Below, piece after piece: positions 16,043 through 28,684 of a stretch of DNA of 64,000 nucleotides. The stretch covers positions 2,728,001-2,792,000 of the forward strand of contig NC_134029.1 in assembly GCF_964204645.1 (NCBI RefSeq), given 5' to 3'. Both the position numbers and the translations under genes were made by a program. Source of the stretch: Tubulanus polymorphus (taxonomy: Eukaryota > Animalia > Nemertea). The notes under the pieces were generated by a model, which worked only from the letters and a program-made list of their open reading frames with translations, did not search any database and had not been told where the DNA came from. Each line of letters begins with the position of its first letter. Positions within the stretch are counted from its first letter, which is position 1.

Positions 16043-19000
16043 CGTTGTCGCGCCGGAGATGTTTTGAAAAATCTCCTCATCAGCTAATCGATTCACAGCT
16101 ATCAGATTCATATATTCGATCTATCTTCATTCACATTATCTACAGTTAGATATCAAACGCTTTTAACAAGTCTGATAAAAACAACTGGATCTTCTTCGAC
16201 AGATCGAGTTTAAAAGTCGTATTTGACTTTGAGGAGTTGAATATTCGCAAATAATCTAGCTCTATCCCTTTGCTCACAACTGTGCAAATATATCGACAAT
16301 TGAAGATTTGAATTGATCACCAACCAGCAATATTGATGACGCACTGCACATCCACTCACAAAGTATCCTAAATACAATTAAAATTCATTAAATCATTTAA
16401 AAAGAAATTAAAAATCATTAGATAATAGATTAGATTAGAAAATAATGAGTTACGAAACAATAACAAAACAAACGCCAGTTTTCATGATTATAATTGTTAT
16501 GTTGAAACGCAAATATTGATGACGTAGTGCTCACACACATCCCTTAAATAACTCAAAGTATCTATCAATATATACAACTGTTTTTATGACGGTTTTCACG
16601 GCGTCAAAAAATTATTTTCATCTAAACCCTGCTATAGATACCGTAGTTGCCAATATTATCACGGTACGTATATACACAGGTTCGGCACAGACGCGCTGTA
16701 ATCAAATGAACATCTAGTGTCATAAACTATAATGATTATTATATCTGATTACCGAGTCCGACTACTAATGACATATCACAGTAATTATTAGTAATGCGAA
16801 GGGATAACACAGAGAGCGGTCAGGCGAGAGGAATACCACATCCCAGGTTCTTTCGTTTATTGCATCATAACATGAAAAACAATCGTCAGGTCTTCAGAGG
16901 TCGTACATGTGACGTCATCGTTCATTTGACCACCAGGGTCCAGTTCCACAGTTCGGGGTTAAGATTTGACCCTGAGTTAACTCATTGAAAATGAACTAAT
17001 TTTAACTCAGAGTTAACTCTAACTCACAACTGTGGAACTGGGTCCAGAGCTGTTGTGACTTGTCTAAACCCAGGAACAAAGCATATAAATGTAGATTTTG
17101 AAAGTTTGCGGAACCGTTCTGCAAATCATTTTTGCATCTGTGTTGAAATCGACCGCAAACACGGCGTTGTATCATGTCTAAAGCACGTGACTGGTGCGGC
17201 CTTGAAATACGTAATATCGCTAATGGGTATTTTACCTTTTTTTTCAAAAATAAGCATGATAAGCAAATAAGAAATTTTTCTACAAAGGAACCAGATTATT
17301 GAAAGTAGCTATCGTTACTTTATGACAATTGTGTAACAAAGATTTCTAACGGCCATCCCGGATGGGCTAGGTGCAAAGCCAAACCCTGACTGATGTTCAT
17401 ATTAACATCACACTGAAAATTATCATTTGTGATCAATTGTATTCATAGATCAACCTACGCAAAATGTTTCATATCAGGAAATATTAATGTTGATAACAAT
17501 ACGTAATCGTATCCACGATGATAATCCCAATGACTTTTCTTTTATCATTGTCTGGTCTGTCTTAAAGTACAGGTCGTCGACTTGTTGATAACATCATGTT
17601 GCTGTAAGGTGTATTTTTAGAAGATATCTGATATGACGCGTTCATTAGATTAAAGAAAGGCGCGTATTCAATCTTATTTCGTTGATGAAAAAATGATAAC
17701 CTATCCATTCATTCGATGGTTAATAATTAATCCAGATTGATAAAAATATTTCTATAGGAGTCTCGTCTAACGGGGACTAATTACTTCTTTTGCCTCGGTC
17801 GCGTTCATTGTACCGGTTATGTTGCTTCGCAGGATCAAATATCGGGTGAACTGGAACCAGTGATTGTGTGTCCCGCATTGAATAAAGGAAAGCGAATAAA
17901 CTGCAGCCGCAGCAGCAGCAGCAGCAGTAGTTGATGATGAGAATGAGAAGGAGGAATCGTTTACCCACCGCAGCATCTCTATCCTGAATACAACATCAAT
18001 CAACATCAATCTAAATAATGCATCCGAAAATAAAAAAGCTAGCAGCAACAAGTCACAAGATCCACCCAGGTTATAAATCAGATCGTCTGCGAGTCTCTCA
18101 TGTGTATATGTGAAAAAAATACCACACCTCAACAACGCGCTAATAACGTTCTCTCAGTTGACATATCGGAAAACTGTAGCTTTGTTGCGTCGGTTTTTTA
18201 TTCTAATGGATCCCGAGTTCGGCGACCAGTTATGCCAGTTCAAGTGACGAGACGATGCGAGAACTTGTCGGCCACTTCAGAATCGCGGTTTCGGACGAGA
18301 GCAATGATTTTGGTCGAATTGAATAGGTTCGATGTCTGACATATTGGAATGGTGTAATGTGCAATTTTGAGCAGAGCAACAACTTTAATAGTCGTGAATA
18401 TCCTCTTGATAATAGAATTAGAAACATCCGCTTCAATGTCATTATCATGTCCAAGCACCCGGTTTCGAGACTCAACTATTCAAGTTCTTGTCTTTAAGAA
18501 GAAACATCATCGAAGCAAGCCGAGGAATCCTGACAGGTTGGCCATTTGTTGAGAAAGGCATCGGGGCTTGGAGATTATATGGATGATTGTGGTTATATTG
18601 ATATTACAATAAGATACAGCAGCTATTTAGCCATCGAGGCGTGAACGCCAACATCAAATCGTTGAAAAGTGGTTTCATCACCGTGTGAATCACAGAACAA
18701 AGTATAATCAGTATGAAAGTGATAGTCATTGATTCTAATCCGGCGGTAAATCAAGCCGAAACACTTCACATTGACGACAATCAATCGCTACTCGTTCTCA
18801 AGTCGAACAGCCGATATTCCCACACTGAATCCGGCAAACTCCCGTAACTCCTCTCTCCCGGTTCTTAAGCTGTTAAGAGATTTTCGATAAACGCTCGAAA
18901 CATCCCGAACGCTTAATGAATCGATAGGCAATCACGAGACCTCGGTGACGTGCGTCCGTTTCGATTTATATATATATGTATATAGACATGTCTTTCAGGC

Positions 19001-22000
19001 GTTGATTTCATTTTGCTTTTATTATACACCACACGCATAACTCACACAGGAGACAAATCGATCGGAAGCGAAGTGTCCAGACGTTGACTGCTATCCGTAC
19101 ACTGCATTCACCCCTGAGGTTAGAACCCTACTCAACCCGGGGGTCGCTTTAATGAATGCGATATCAATGACGATTAACCTCGGGATATGCGTATAACTGA
19201 ATGTAAGAAGCGCCGGGTTAAAAGCGTCTCATCATCGGATGAAAGTTGATTCCTATCGTCACTGATTGAAAAACCATGAGAAGAAAGTCTTTCAACGTGG
19301 AATGACTCCGCAGACGGAAGGCTGAATTAGGCCGACTTTTGTCGATTTCATCATATAAACATGTGAAAGAAAAGCTGCCGAGTTTGGGCGATCGGAATGA
19401 CTCAATCGGTGTAGTTTAGGATGTATAATAAATCGGTTCTTGTCGGTGCTAATTTAGTAGGGGTGGTGTGGGTTGCATTGCGTACGGTTTGAACTTGTGA
19501 ATGGCTTCATTTCCGATAGGATGTAATCAGTTACAATAAATCTGTCAATTTAAGCTCGAGCGCAAATAGTCTCACTCGCCACCCCCTACACAACTCGTCT
19601 CTTCCCCTCTGTTTCAGTGTTGGCTTAATTCACATTTCACCCACGGATATCGCATCAGTCGCCCGGCTACTTAATGCAACTATTTCGGAAAGATTTATGT
19701 GTTGTGGTGGTCCTGGTCAGCATCTAAAACAATGATCGCTATCGTAATACCGAGACGATGCCTGCCACTATCAAAGTACTTTAAACCAAATGTGGTTACT
19801 TCTCAGCGAAGAGTACACGTTTTAGTAGCTTTCTGGGCTTTTTCGATGGGTTCGTGGAAATCAAGAAAAGCCACAGGCTGTTTCCGCACACCATGAAACA
19901 CTACAACTCGTAGTTCGGTCTAATTAAATATTCTCCGTTTGGGAAACTTCCAACCGCGCGATGATAGCGCAGTTGGGTGCAAACTTTATTGAATTAAGAT
20001 ATTTTTTCAGCGATCAATTAAACATAGCCTGAAATGTGTGAATGGAATTTAGCCAGACCATTAGAACTATTATTCAAACAAACATGGCGCTTTTCTCCCC
20101 CTGAGTATTGGTATTATTAGATCAATCCTTATGTATTTATCACTTTTTAAAGTGCCTTGTCTATCATGTCTATCTATTATACATACGATTGTCGTAGATG
20201 TTTTCTGCCTCAGGGATGTTGGCATTAGTTTACCCATTGAAGTCGGTTCGCATTCGCTACTGCGTCTAGTCAAAATAGTTCTTGCCGAATAGTTCAGCGA
20301 CTTTGATGCCTGAAATACTCGAAAGTAAAAGTAAAACAAGCATTTCATTTTATCAGCTAAAATATTTCACTATCAGCAGCTTTTAGCTATGGCATCGGGC
20401 CATGCTATTTCATACGGAAATAGATATACATAACAGAAACTATATTTATAGTTAAGTGCTTATATTAGTATGTCATTTCGTTATTTACCATTGGCCATTT
20501 TTTCACTTAGGTTAAGAAAATATATGTGTATACAGCTAATAATACGGGGTCAGAATGTTATCCAAGTTAAAGAATGTGAGTATATTTCGTGAATTTATTT
20601 ATATACAAAATTTTCATTCATTTATTTCTTCTAAAAATGTCATGTTACCCGCATTGATTGCTTCGCGAAATAGAGAGTTATTAGTTATAATTTCTTTTTT
20701 TCATAGCGATGCACAGTAAAGAGTTACACGACTCACTGTGTCACAGAGATAAGCTGCGGAAAATTGACTGGCCCTGGTTGGGTAGGTTTCTTTCAGTCTG
20801 TCTGTGTCTCTATATCGCTCGGTTCCTGGTTTCCACTAGAAGTATAGATTCGTGTGCAACTCCAAATCAGAAAAAAATCGTGCAAAATACTCATAGCTGG
20901 AATCATACTGACCATGAATGTATTTGTTAATTTCACAGCTGAAAAACAGAAGGTTTGGTCGTATTGCCCAAATCCGGGCGGATTCGTCTTCCATACGCAT
21001 AGCTTCACAAATCAAAAGGTAAATTAAGTTCGTCTTTTGTCTTATTAAAAGGCTATCTGACTAACTAGCCTAGTTCCATCCCTTCTCCACCTGTGGCAAA
21101 TCAAGTAAATTTGTATCCTTACAAATTGAGGTATCTCGGTTTTTGTCGAGTACCCGGATGCAATCCCACCGCGTTAAATACGTAGATTAGAGACTATTCG
21201 TCGGAAATAATCGACGGACTGCTGATTGGCAGTACGGTTTGTAGTGTTTACTGACCACTCAGTAGAAGTTATGGCCGATCATGTGGAGGTATTTATAGCG
21301 CAATTTGTCGTGCTGAACACGATTTGTCTGAGCAATAGTCTCGCACGCGGTTATGACAGGTAGTTTTTTACAGCGCGCGAATTTTCCAATTACCGGCGAT
21401 GTTTACGAGCTCGATTTCCTGGCTGACCAGCGCAGCTACTCAAGTCGCTACAGCCGCAATGCAAAAAAACTATGAAAACGTCTAAAATACAGAAATACAA
21501 GTTAAATCACCTGGTCACGTGGGGAATAGACATAGTAGGATCGAATCCACTATATTCAAATTCAAGGACACACTGACGTCGGTCTCTAGAGTCCGAAACT
21601 GGCACATAGCCTCATCTAGCCTCACCTCATCGCTGTTCCTGGTATACACGAACTTTTCAAAATAACTTTTCAATTGTAAATATAACTAGTTATTGTATGA
21701 CTAGCAACTGTTATTGTATAACTGCAAACTGTTTATTTTGTATGTATCCTGTGCTCGCAAAAAATGTACAATTTTCTGGAGCAATAAATTTAAATCTAAT
21801 CTAATCTAAAAATCGAATCCACTATATACAAATTCAAGGACACACTGACGTCGGTCTCTAGAGTCCGAAACTGTCTTTTAATGTTCGATTTTATGTCTCG
21901 ATACATTTTGTTTTGTTTTTTTTTTCAAATCTGTTTTTAGGATATTTGCCCGGATGTTTGGCGTCAATCGCGTCTAGAAACGGAATGTATAATCGGGGAA

Positions 22001-25000
22001 GGCTTACAGTTCATATTTCCTAAAACGACTTGTAACCCATTCAGTCCAGCAACAAGTAAGAATTTCCATCTTTTAACTTCAGCGTAGCGTTTTACCTTCA
22101 CCGTTCAACCTGATCGAGAATCACGTGGTCTTTTTATGTAACAGCACGGCTGTTGAATAAAATGAAGTAAATGTTTCTAACTTTGTGTAATACGCGTAGG
22201 AAATGAGCAGTATAACGAGATGGATGTGGCTTTATATCCAGAATTCATTGAGGGTAGCTCGTCTGGTTAATTACCATGGTTACGATTTCAGACAACAACG
22301 ACAGAAGAAAACGATCTATATCTGAACCTGAAGGAAACATCATTCAGTTTTTAAGTCCAGGACCCAGGTCCACGGTTATCAGTAACACTTACATTTTTTC
22401 ATTTTGAATGAGTTAACTCCGAGTCAAATTATAACTCAAAAATGTGGAGCTGGGTCCGGCAATCTTCCTCCAACTTTTTCCTGCTTCGTTAAAACGTGTT
22501 TTCAGTCACGCAAAACCGGACCTATTAAATCATTTTCATGATTATTTTGTCACCAGCTGAAAACCTCTACTGTTATGGAGACTGGGAAGAAGAGGGATAC
22601 ATATACGTGATCGTTCATTCGGAAGGCAAATTTCCACGCTATACTTTGGTAAGAAATATTGTCAAGATGCACAAGCTCTCTGCACGCAATAATATTCATA
22701 TCGATAGTTATTTCCGAATGCATTTTCATTAGATAAAAAAAATCATTAATGCTCATAATATGAAATAACGAATGTTTTGAATCGATAATTGGTGGAACTT
22801 GATGATTTACGTATATCGATTTTCACCGTTTTCAGCGATTTCCTTCGAATATCGGAGGGAAATTTGAGGCGTATTTATACGAAGGGGTTTTGACACCGAG
22901 CACTTCCGATGGTCGACCCCCGTTAGACGGAACGACCGTGTATTACAGGTTATCAATGTCGAGAGCGTGTAAGTATCGATACCGCGTGACTGTATCACTG
23001 TTCTCCTTTGGCAGGGATTCAAACCTGATGGCATCGCGATACTCTACCACAACACGACACCCTGCTGTATAATCCTTTAGGCAAATTCACGAATATCTGT
23101 AAATAACTCGGGCTGAAATAAAACGTGATTTCTGATTGGCTGATGATGATATCATTGTTAAGTAAGTGCACAAGATTCGGGTTAATCAGGCAGGGTTTCG
23201 TGCCATCACAGTCTCGCGATGTTATCGGGTTCGAGTCCCTGCCGAGGGGAGATGCGTGACTGACTCTGGCTGGGGATACAGTGTCTACGATACCAGCCAG
23301 GTTACCGTTGGGTTAGCCGTTCGTTCCATCTCAGATGCGCTGCCGCCAGTGTGTCTAATCGTGACGGCTCGTGCGACGACTTTTTACTGACACAAAAATG
23401 ATTCATCTACCAATTATTTATTGATTCAAAATATAGAGATCTTGTTTTCTAAATAGATAAACTCTATATCGTGTCAAAGTATAGAATTCTTTGTAACTTC
23501 AGAGAGCAATTCAGGACAATTCTCTGTTCAGATATTATCAGATACTTGCTATAACCATTAAGTGCACTCATCTTTATTCAATTTTCAACAAAAAATCTGT
23601 CTGGAAACGCTTTGTAAACACTACAGAGATTTGTCTATTCGAGGTTTACTTATGCAAATAGAAATGTTATGTATAAAGAATTGATTTCTCTCTAAGCCAC
23701 ATTTAGATGATTACAAGCCACATATACAACATAAGAGTCATCCATTAACGGAAATGGAAGCTGTGTTTTTAGTTAATCTATACTGAAGAGTTCTCATCAA
23801 CACTGTCTGTTAATTAACATCGATCTGTTCCCCTCTCTTCGTACATTCAACGATGCCTAACTCGAAAACACCGCCGCTTCTACGACACAAATATATGTCA
23901 AAAAGTATAGTCCGTATAGAGGTCTTGAAGTCGCGAGAAAATATGGTTACGAAATTTGTTCAGACGACAATTCGTTGATGATCTTTCCGAATGAATTACG
24001 ACTTATTCTTAGTATATTAAATTAGAAATACAAAGGGCCACAGAATTAGAGACGGCTATAGTAATGTGACGACTTCTTAAGCGACTGAATTATTTCTTGT
24101 ATTAGTTGTTACCGATGTATATTAAGAATTGGTAATTCTGGTCGTTGATTCCAGCCTCGTCTCCGTGCATGGATGAGAGCGAAAGATGTTCAGAGTTTTC
24201 CAGGGAAGGTTACTGCACGAGTAAACCACCGTATGAATACGCCACGTTCTGTAGGGAATCATGTGGCTTATGTTGTAAGTTGAAAACGTAATATCAAAGT
24301 CGTTATTCTGTGATATCTCATATCGCTTACACAAAGAATAAAAACGAAAAATATTCATGAAAGTATGAATCTGAAATTCTAATCTCGACCGTATTGTGCA
24401 TCTTTTTTTTTACTCGCTCTACAGATAGTTCAGATAAAGGCAAACCGGAGTGTAAATTCCCGCAGAATTACCACGGAATCTGGATGCTTTATGAGACCGA
24501 TAGAACTGAAGAAGTGATGGTTACTGAACGACACGCTTCGTTCACGTTACTGGGAAAATTCGTATGCAAAAATAAGGACTATGCACAACACAGATACAAA
24601 ATTATGTCAACATTTGACAATGGATGGTCAGTGAAGACTTTATTATTATCAATTTCACTACATATTTGTTATGTCTATGATAAGTCTAACCAACAAGGCA
24701 CTTAGCGATACAATATCACTAAACCATTTTTTAATTTCATTCACTTACTTTCATTCATTTATGAGGTAAAATCTAAAGATAGAAACTTTTAAAAACACCC
24801 TTCGTTTCACATTTTACCAACCACAAATTCTATAAAACTAACTATTATTTATTTTCAGTCGGGCTCGCTATACATGTATTGAATTCTACAAAGCTCACGA
24901 GAACATTTTACAGTATCGTATTTGTAAGTTTACAGATTAAATTACCAGTCATGTATCGATCAGACAAATTCTACGGAGTTTTTCACTAAAATCTATAAAT

Positions 25001-27933
25001 AGCAATTTGCGAACAACTTTATATACCGATAACCTCCCCATATTGCTATTATTGTAGATTACTGATGTAAAATAAGATGAGATTCTTTGTTTATCCCATA
25101 TACTGACTAATGAATAGAATAAAAACTTTAGCGCCCTCAGCCCAATTCTGATCTAAACGAAAACTTATGTGTATGAAGTAGATATCTGTAATCAATGTTT
25201 ACTATCCATACAGTCGACGCCCTAATTGGTACTTTTAGAACTACCAAAGTATCTGCTACAGGGAGTAGTAATTGATCATTTTACTTCGCATTTTGTTTTT
25301 GTAGCGAAAAGTTTTAAGTCTGATCATAGTTTCCACAAGTTATGCCAGTTTCACGATGACCCAGGCCCGCTGTACGACCGCATTAGAAGTTCACATATGA
25401 AAAATTTAATTTGTAAGTAATTCTCTTTAACCTACGTATGAAAGTTTAATTTCTCGGTAGGCAGGATTTCTGCTAAGTCGTCTGAAACATAAACAAGGAA
25501 TCTGAGAAAATAGAAAATGTGTTTAGCAAAGTTTGATTTGATTTGCAAGATTTAAAAACTCTATGGCGGATAAGAATCAGTGTTGGGAATGAAAAAGCGT
25601 GATCTGGCCCAGCCAGTTCTCTACGGGGTTTATTACGAGTCGGATTTGTTATTGACAGTCAGTCAATCAGGACGTAGAAGTGGATCGCATTTCAAAATGC
25701 ATCGGGGAAAATTTGATGATTATCGCCGAGACACGAGATTGAGCAATCTGCTACAGGCGACGAGAGATCCACAGCCAGCGACGTGTGTGTTTAGAATACT
25801 CAATCTACACATCGAAACATAAGGGGGACGCGAAGATATGAATTATAATTGCAACTCATCAAATACTCTTTAATTCCGAATGGTTCTTTAAAGATGGATT
25901 TCTTCTCTCGACGCAAAGCTTTATTTTTCATGCAGTTCTTCGCTTGTTATTGCAAGCTAAACACAAAAATATTGTCTATAAATAGGTTATAATGCTGAAG
26001 TGATTGAGCGAGGATAACGTTGTCGCAAATATCATATTTCTTGCTGCATTATATTCTTACCGTGAATATCATGAACACACGCGATCATTTTAGTATAACA
26101 CTCTAGAATTGAAGCACGCATCTGAAATGAAACAATTCTGACTTGAATCCAAGACTTGGCATCTGATGTTTTACCCGGTTATCTATATGTATGTGTATGG
26201 CTGTTCTGTTGTAGCTAAGTTATCAGTAAAGCGATCACAATGTCAGTTACACGGAATGGTACCGTTTAATGCGTCATTACCCTCCCCGACTGGACGGTCG
26301 CACTGTCTGGGAACGATGTCTGACTGGGATCCGTACAACTGCGTCAAAAGAAACGAATTGAGCGTCGCGATGAATACGTGTGAATTACCTCACACTCGTG
26401 ACGGTAGGTGGTGCTCTTTGTCAACTTAAATGTAGGCGTTACGTGTATTGTTCGCACGCGTCATTTTGACCGTCAAATCGCAGTCAACTTTGACTTCATA
26501 CTTCATTTAGCCGTCTGCGCTCGATGGCCAGCACGACTCGCTGTGACGTCATGCGAAGACCTCTACGGGACTAACCCACCTAACAAAATATGACTCCAAA
26601 TCAAATTTATATGACCCTGCGCTTCGGGGGCAAATGAAGTACCGTATATCTGATAACAGAAACGTATCGTTTTTATGTTGCAGTGTATCATTGTATAGCT
26701 AAGTTATACCCTGCCGGAGCCGGTGGCAACGCTTTCTTGATCACTCACAGTAAACATAACCCACGGACATTCAATTGTTGGGTAGGTTTTTAATTGAAAG
26801 AAATAAAACAACTTGCAGCTCGTTTTATGGTTGTTTTGGGCCATTAACAACAGTGTAAACAATGTTCTTACTCTGCATGCTAGATAAACATTGACGAGAT
26901 TTCATTCAGTTTCACGTGTGAGTTCTCGCTGTTTCTCGCAGTCGTTTTCGTCTTATTAAACAGTCTTGCCCCTGTTACACTTTGAGCGGGATTGGCGTGT
27001 GAAAACAATTTGATCAAAAATTCAGTAGCAATTGAATACAAAAATTTAGTGCTAACTTAATATTCAATATTAAGATGAAATCCCACTATTTACAGATTAA
27101 AAGAATTTAACAACCAGAATTTATTTATTAAATCTAAAATATATAAAAGACACGACGTTTTGATCTCACCCTAGAGATCATCGTCAGGTGTCAAATCAGG
27201 TCAAATTCTGGTTTTTAAATTCTTTTAATCCGTAAATAGTGGGATTTTATCTTATTATCCGTTCACCACGTTTGAGTGCGGTCATCGTTCTATTAAATAT
27301 TCAATATGTCTTCGATTTTTTTATTCTTTAAACTGATTAGAGCTATTATGATTAGAGAATTCTCCGAGGTCACGATATCAATTATCATTTTATGACGAAT
27401 CGAAGAAAGTATTGAATCCGTACTCTCTCTGTGTATCTAGATAATCAAACAATCAGATGGTGCTAAGAGGAAATGGAAGGGTAGAATAATCTATAAGATG
27501 CCGACATCGCAGTGTCACATCGGTACAGCTGAATCACCAAGACTAGAACAGCTAGCTTCTGTAACTTATTACCTTAATGACGGTAAGAGAAACGACCTTG
27601 AACTCCACCGAACAGGAAAGTCTTTAGGCATTGAAATCAATCTCATGATTCTCTGTTAAATTTTCAGACCGAAGGGATAGCGCGTGCGTAGGACCAACGC
27701 CTCCGCAAATAAAATATCGAGAAATAGAGAGACCTTTCCGTCCACCGTCTGGGCAGGAACAAAGTCGTCATGAACGTAGACCCCAGCCTATAAATCCCCG
27801 ACCTAGACCACTCAAACCTAACCCTGAACCGAATAAAGGGGGCGCTGAACGAACTGAAAAGCCCGCGTTATTTATTGCTGTTGCCGTGCTGATTTGTATT
27901 TATTCGATGACGTCACAGTGGACTGTTAATTGA
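5945..27933 (+). CDS. Secreted, probably GPI-anchored Cys-rich protein (~699 aa) with two tandem C-x-FP...YxCxxF/L...NV/ILQ modules (resembling DUF7042/7043-type invertebrate proteins) and a central ShKT domain
   Basis: 16 coding exons, all GT-AG and phase-consistent: 5945-6017, 15249-15525, 20511-20575, 20707-20781, 20939-21018, 21941-22055, 22557-22648, 22836-22968, 24155-24274, 24425-24626, 24859-24923, 25305-25412, 26215-26403, 26684-26781, 27441-27582, 27668-27933. These total 2100 nt with no internal stop. The N-terminus MNLTRNPTILATLISAFILLIHFQGSDGQC is signal-peptide-like. The C-terminus is a Pro-rich stalk followed by NKGGAERTEKPALFIAVAVLICIYSMTSQWTVN*. The family label comes from motif recall, not a search. 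Confidence 0.85.
11794..11912 (+). repeat. Dispersed repeat copy, direct-orientation homolog of 16501-16610
   Basis: Shared blocks TTGAAACGCMAATATTGATGACGTA, CCCTTAAATAAC and TGACGGTTTTYACGGSGTCAAAAA. A partial third copy starts near 16328. Confidence 0.7.
14740..14847 (+). mobile_element. 108-bp palindromic MITE, PIF/Harbinger-like (CWG-type TSD)
   Basis: TIRs GACCCAGTTCCACAGTT...AACTGTGGAACTGGACC, an internal GAGTTAACTC palindrome, and CTG/CTC flanks. Confidence 0.85.
16501..16610 (+). repeat. Dispersed repeat copy, homolog of 11794-11912
   Basis: Shares the sequence blocks listed for 11794-11912. Confidence 0.7.
16937..17044 (-). mobile_element. 108-bp palindromic MITE, same family as 14740-14847, inverted orientation
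   Basis: Near-exact reverse complement of 14740-14847, with a perfect CAG/CAG target-site duplication at 16934-16936 and 17045-17047. Confidence 0.88.
21540..21873 (+). mobile_element. 210-bp insertion (21602-21811) with a retroposon-like 3' tail, flanked by a 62-bp direct duplication
   Basis: 21540-21601 and 21812-21873 are identical except for 1 nt. The insert ends AATAAA-TTTA-(AATCT)3. Confidence 0.65.
22361..22456 (+). mobile_element. Diverged copy of the 108-bp palindromic MITE
   Basis: GACCCAGGTCCACGGTT...TTCATTTTGAATGAGTTAACTC...TGTGGAGCTGGGTC with CAG/CGG flanks. Confidence 0.75.
23200..23390 (+). mobile_element. Possible tRNA-derived SINE fragment
   Basis: B-box GGTTCGAGTCC at 23228-23238, a GC-richer body and a terminal TTTTT. 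There is no clear A-box or cloverleaf. Confidence 0.3.
24155..24274 (+). other. ShKT (ShK toxin-like) domain encoded by one symmetric phase-1/phase-1 exon
   Basis: The exon translates CMDESERCSEFSREGYCTSKPPYEYATFCRESCGLC, matching the six-Cys ShKT pattern C-x-D...C...G-x-C...C-x-x-SCG-x-C. Confidence 0.88.
27059..27307 (-). mobile_element. Penelope-like retroelement remnant: inverted duplication, 12-bp TSD and minimal hammerhead motif
   Basis: AATATTCAATAT direct repeats at 27059-27070 and 27296-27307. A 52-bp inverted repeat at 27071-27122 and 27203-27254 (3 mismatches). A hammerhead-like motif lies between the arms. Confidence 0.75.
27149..27192 (-). ncRNA. Minimal type I hammerhead ribozyme motif with a mutated core (GAAA to AAAA), probably inactive
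   Basis: The minus strand reads GACAC-CTGACGA-T-GATCTC-TAGGGT-GAGATC-AAAA-CGTC-GTGTC. This gives stem I, the CUGANGA core, stem II, (G to A)AAAC-GUC and the stem I partner. Confidence 0.7.
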
Positions 27934-28684
27934 ATGTGATATTTACTGTAATCTGTTACTGTTAGATATTCTGAGACAGTTGGTGAATTCAGTTTATCGC
28001 GGAAAAGCGATCTGCATAAAGTAAAATGTTGGTTTTCTGCAAAAATATCATAGAATGTGAATTAAGAATCGCTAGTTTGCTTTATGCGAGTAAGTAACCG
28101 TCGCTCTTGTTCGTATATGCTTCCGGAACTGGGAGAACACGGAAACTCGTGACGTCATGTGGCGTAGAAAGCGGTGGGCACAAATCGAGAATGGAGGATT
28201 AAAACTACGTTTTGTGGTCATGAGTTCACGGTGCACGGGGTTCTTTGTGGCTTAACTAACATAGAATATGTTTGGTGTGTCAGCTGAGGAGCTAGTTCTC
28301 GTGCAGTCTCTACCCAGCCTTCTCACCCGATCATTATATTTCGATGGCAAATTTTCCGGCAATCTACGCACCTGGTTACGTGTTAAACGCATTGCGTGAT
28401 TGTTACTAATGGAACTGTACAACGAGACCACTTTCGATATCCCGTGCCTGTTACTAGCGGGCGAAAATAATCATAGATCCGAGTTAGCGGGAAAACGTAA
28501 TTTTCAGCAGTGAACTTCAGATTATTTCAGTGCTTGAACATGCAAACGATAAATGGATTTGTTCAGAACCACCTGTTACTGTACCGCTAGAGGTATCACA
28601 CTATAATATTCTAAGTGGTAAAACGAAACGAGCGAACGCAATCTAAAACTTTCAATTCTGACCATTCGTTCTAAACTTATACTT

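Noticed and set aside
17767-18552. Cluster of short ORFs around a (GCA)n run in intron 2
   Set aside because: There is no recognisable domain or consistent splice structure on either strand.
19618-19735. Strong acceptor followed by a 38-codon in-phase reading (possible alternative terminal exon)
   Set aside because: It ends in TGA and lacks family motifs. The exon at 20511 fits the duplicated-module pattern exactly.
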